Position numbers and translations under genes: made by a program. This document shows positions 61,933 to 64,000 of a stretch of DNA of 64,000 nucleotides, piece by piece (positions within the stretch are counted from its first letter, which is position 1; every line of letters begins with the position of its first letter). This stretch comes from Bacteroidota bacterium (GTDB lineage: Bacteria > Bacteroidota > Bacteroidia > Chitinophagales > Chitinophagaceae). The stretch lies in contig JAFDXG010000108.1 in the NCBI GenBank assembly GCA_018268105.1, forward strand, positions 6,619 through 70,618. The letters are read 5' to 3'. The notes below the pieces were generated by a model, which did not search any database, was not told the DNA's origin, and worked only from the letters and a program-made list of their open reading frames with translations.

Positions 61933-63126
61933 TCAATTTTTTATATTCCCACCCACGGGTAGGCCGCTTGGTACTGAAACCGGAATTATTTTGTCATACT
62001 GCTCGTCATTCAGTGTGTTTAGAAATTCCACAATAATATCAATGTCTTTAAATTCCACATTTAGCAAAACTGCAAGAGAATCCAATTGTTCTTTGGGGAC
62101 ATGTGGGTTGGGTAATGGTTTGCCTTTAAGATCTTCATAAAACAACATCACATTGTCAAGAGTTGCAATTTTTCCATTATGCATATATGGCCGGGTAAAG
62201 CGCATATTCCTGAGTGTAGGAGTGCGGAAGGCATAAGTTTGCAGGTATCCTGAATCAGAGACTAGTAGTTTTTCATTGTCCACCACACCCAGCACATGAG
62301 GTTTAAAGTCCGACAGCATTGGACCATTATGACAACGGGCACATCCGGTACTGATAAACAGTTTCATACCATTGATTTCCCTGCCCGACAGCGCTGTCTT
62401 TTCGCCACGCATATAGCGGTCGAACCGTGAGTTGTTGGCAATAAGTGAACGCTGAAAAGCGGCAAGTGCCTGACTGATAGTAGTGTCTGTGATTGTTATA
62501 ATATTAGGAAATGCCTCTTTAAAAAGTTTGCGGTATAACGGAATATTATTAATTCGTCTGGCGATTTCTCCTTTTATTTTAGTTTCAGTAAATCCATGTC
62601 CCCGCATTTCTTCTAAAGTACTCACGGGCATCATTGCCTGCTGCTCCAGCCCTTTTGCACGATTATCCCAAAACATTGGTGCATCTTCAGGTATATAATT
62701 ACCTTTTTCATCAATACCGTTGAAAGCTATATTAAGCAGAGTTGGAGCATTCCGCTTTGTAAAAGGTATATCATTGATTTTATTGAAACTTCTGCGTTCT
62801 CCCAATCCTTTTCCATTAACACCTATGGGTAATTCACGGCTTTCTGCATAGCCAAATTCCGGATGATGGCATGTTGCACAAGCTACGTCTTTGCCGCCGG
62901 ATAATATTGGGTCATAAAATAATAAACGGCCGAGTTCTATTTTCTCTGGTGTGGAAGGATTGTTAGCCGGAGAACTATACTGGAGCGGAAGCGCTGAAAT
63001 AGTGCCCAGTTCGGGTAGTTTTGGTTTGGGTTTAACTTCTTTTCTTTTATCATCAACAGAGTGGCATGCATTTATCAACAATGTCCCGGTTAGTAAAAAA
63101 AGGAGAAGGGGAACAAAATATCTCAT
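61933..63126 (-). CDS. Di-heme cytochrome c peroxidase (CCP/MauG family)
   Basis: Two heme c motifs are present (CATCH and CARCH). There is a lipoprotein-like signal from ATG 63126, and the TTG at 63159 is a less likely start. Confidence 0.9.
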   Translation of the reverse strand: MRYFVPLLLFLLTGTLLINACHSVDDKRKEVKPKPKLPELGTISALPLQYSSPANNPSTPEKIELGRLLFYDPILSGGKDVACATCHHPEFGYAESRELPIGVNGKGLGERRSFNKINDIPFTKRNAPTLLNIAFNGIDEKGNYIPEDAPMFWDNRAKGLEQQAMMPVSTLEEMRGHGFTETKIKGEIARRINNIPLYRKLFKEAFPNIITITDTTISQALAAFQRSLIANNSRFDRYMRGEKTALSGREINGMKLFISTGCARCHNGPMLSDFKPHVLGVVDNEKLLVSDSGYLQTYAFRTPTLRNMRFTRPYMHNGKIATLDNVMLFYEDLKGKPLPNPHVPKEQLDSLAVLLNVEFKDIDIIVEFLNTLNDEQYDKIIPVSVPSGLPVGGNIKN

Positions 63127-63295
63127 GGCGTTATGAAGAATTAATTTAGAATGCAACAAACCCTATGATGGGGCACAAGGGGAAAATTTAGGTATTTTTC
63201 CAGCCTGTGTTAACGAAGATAGAAAATTAGGAGATAGAAATATCTTTTATTGTAATACCCAGTATATCTTTGTGCCAAAAAACCTCCATATAATA

Positions 63296-63724
63296 ATGTT
63301 TTCTAAAACGTGTGAATATGCCATCCGTGCAATGATTTTTATAGCACAGCAATCTATGAAAGGTGAAAAGGCAGGTATTAAGCAGGTAGTGAAAGGGATA
63401 GACTGCCCGGAGCATTTTATTGCTAAGATTTTGCAGGAGCTGGCAAGAAAGGGATTAGTGCTTTCCGTCAAGGGTCCCAATGGTGGTTTTTATTTGGAAA
63501 AAACACAATTGAAATTTTCACTTGCCGATGTGATTAGGGCTGTTGATGGTGATAAAATATTTTCCGGATGTGGGTTAGGATTGGCTGAATGTTCAGAAAT
63601 TGAACCTTGTCCGATTCATAAAGATTTTAAGAAGATTCGTAATGAGATGCATGACATGCTGAACAATGCTAAACTGGGTGAATTCACAGAACATCTGGAT
63701 AATAAACTCTCATTTCTGAAGTGA
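63296..63724 (+). CDS. Rrf2 family transcriptional regulator (NsrR/IscR-like, three-Cys cluster motif)
   Basis: MFSKTCEYAIRAMIFIA is a winged-helix N-terminus. The C-terminal GCGLGLAECSEIEPCPIH carries three Cys in the Fe-S ligand spacing. Confidence 0.85.
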   Translation: MFSKTCEYAIRAMIFIAQQSMKGEKAGIKQVVKGIDCPEHFIAKILQELARKGLVLSVKGPNGGFYLEKTQLKFSLADVIRAVDGDKIFSGCGLGLAECSEIEPCPIHKDFKKIRNEMHDMLNNAKLGEFTEHLDNKLSFLK

Positions 63725-63737
63725 TAAATGAAGGTAT

Positions 63738-64000
63738 ATGCAGCAACGAAAAGATATAAGTACCAGACAAGATATTGAAATGCTGGTTGACGTTTTTTAT
63801 GAAAGAGTGAATAAGGATAATTTGTTGTCTCCGATTTTTAATGATGTTATTCAAAACAGGTGGCCCCAGCATCTCGAAAAAATGTATCGTTTCTGGGAAA
63901 CTGTATTACTGGATGAATTAAGCTATACGGGGAGTCCTTTTTTGCCACATGCCTCATTACCGGTAAACCTTATCCATTTTGAAAGCTGGCTTGGATTGTG
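63738..64000 (+). CDS. Group III truncated hemoglobin; N-terminal part that runs off the window
   Basis: Hand translation from ATG 63738 gives MQQRKDISTRQDIEMLVDVFYERVNKDNLLSPIFNDVIQNRWPQHLEKMYRFWETVLLDELSYTGSPFLPHASLPVNLIHFESWLGL. It is absent from the ORF track because there is no stop in the window. Confidence 0.7.
   Translation, partial: MQQRKDISTRQDIEMLVDVFYERVNKDNLLSPIFNDVIQNRWPQHLEKMYRFWETVLLDELSYTGSPFLPHASLPVNLIHFESWLGL

Overview
The window looks like a chromosomal segment of a Bacteroidota genome. That assignment is an inference from a T9SS C-terminal sorting domain, a hybrid two-component regulator with an AraC output, the nusB-DUF1573-yajC-coaE block, DarA/DarB flexirubin-type genes and A-rich, non-Shine-Dalgarno start contexts. 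About 60 genes are packed densely, and most are housekeeping. They include ppc, a thrABC operon with a Thr-codon leader ORF, cobB, corA, truB, ccmE-ccmF, thyA-folA, pntAA-pntAB, coaE-yajC-nusB, groES-groEL and rimO. The right edge carries cytochrome c peroxidase, an Rrf2 regulator and a truncated hemoglobin. The one clearly accessory region is a minus-strand array at 36.6-46.0 kb. It encodes DarA, DarB, a BtrH-like protein, an ABC-2 exporter, an ACP and a KS/CLF pair, which fits dialkylresorcinol or flexirubin-type lipid biosynthesis. The most unusual structure is a pair of inverted copies of a ~360-bp non-coding element with a ~250-nt core that I estimate by eye at ~94% identical. One copy sits between the KS and its CLF partner gene, and the other sits upstream of thyA. 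Together they bracket ~9.7 kb holding most of the Dar array, and each copy points outward toward the next gene. Other notable points are an AmpG-like MFS gene split by a frameshift at an A5/G3 run, a CXXXY-type CcmE, pntA without pntB, an arginase-fold paralog with degenerate metal-ligand motifs, and several short intergenic repeat and hairpin families. I saw no tRNA, rRNA, CRISPR array, transposase or integrase, and no recognisable defence system. All calls rest on reading the ORF translations and the nucleotide sequence by eye, with no database searches.
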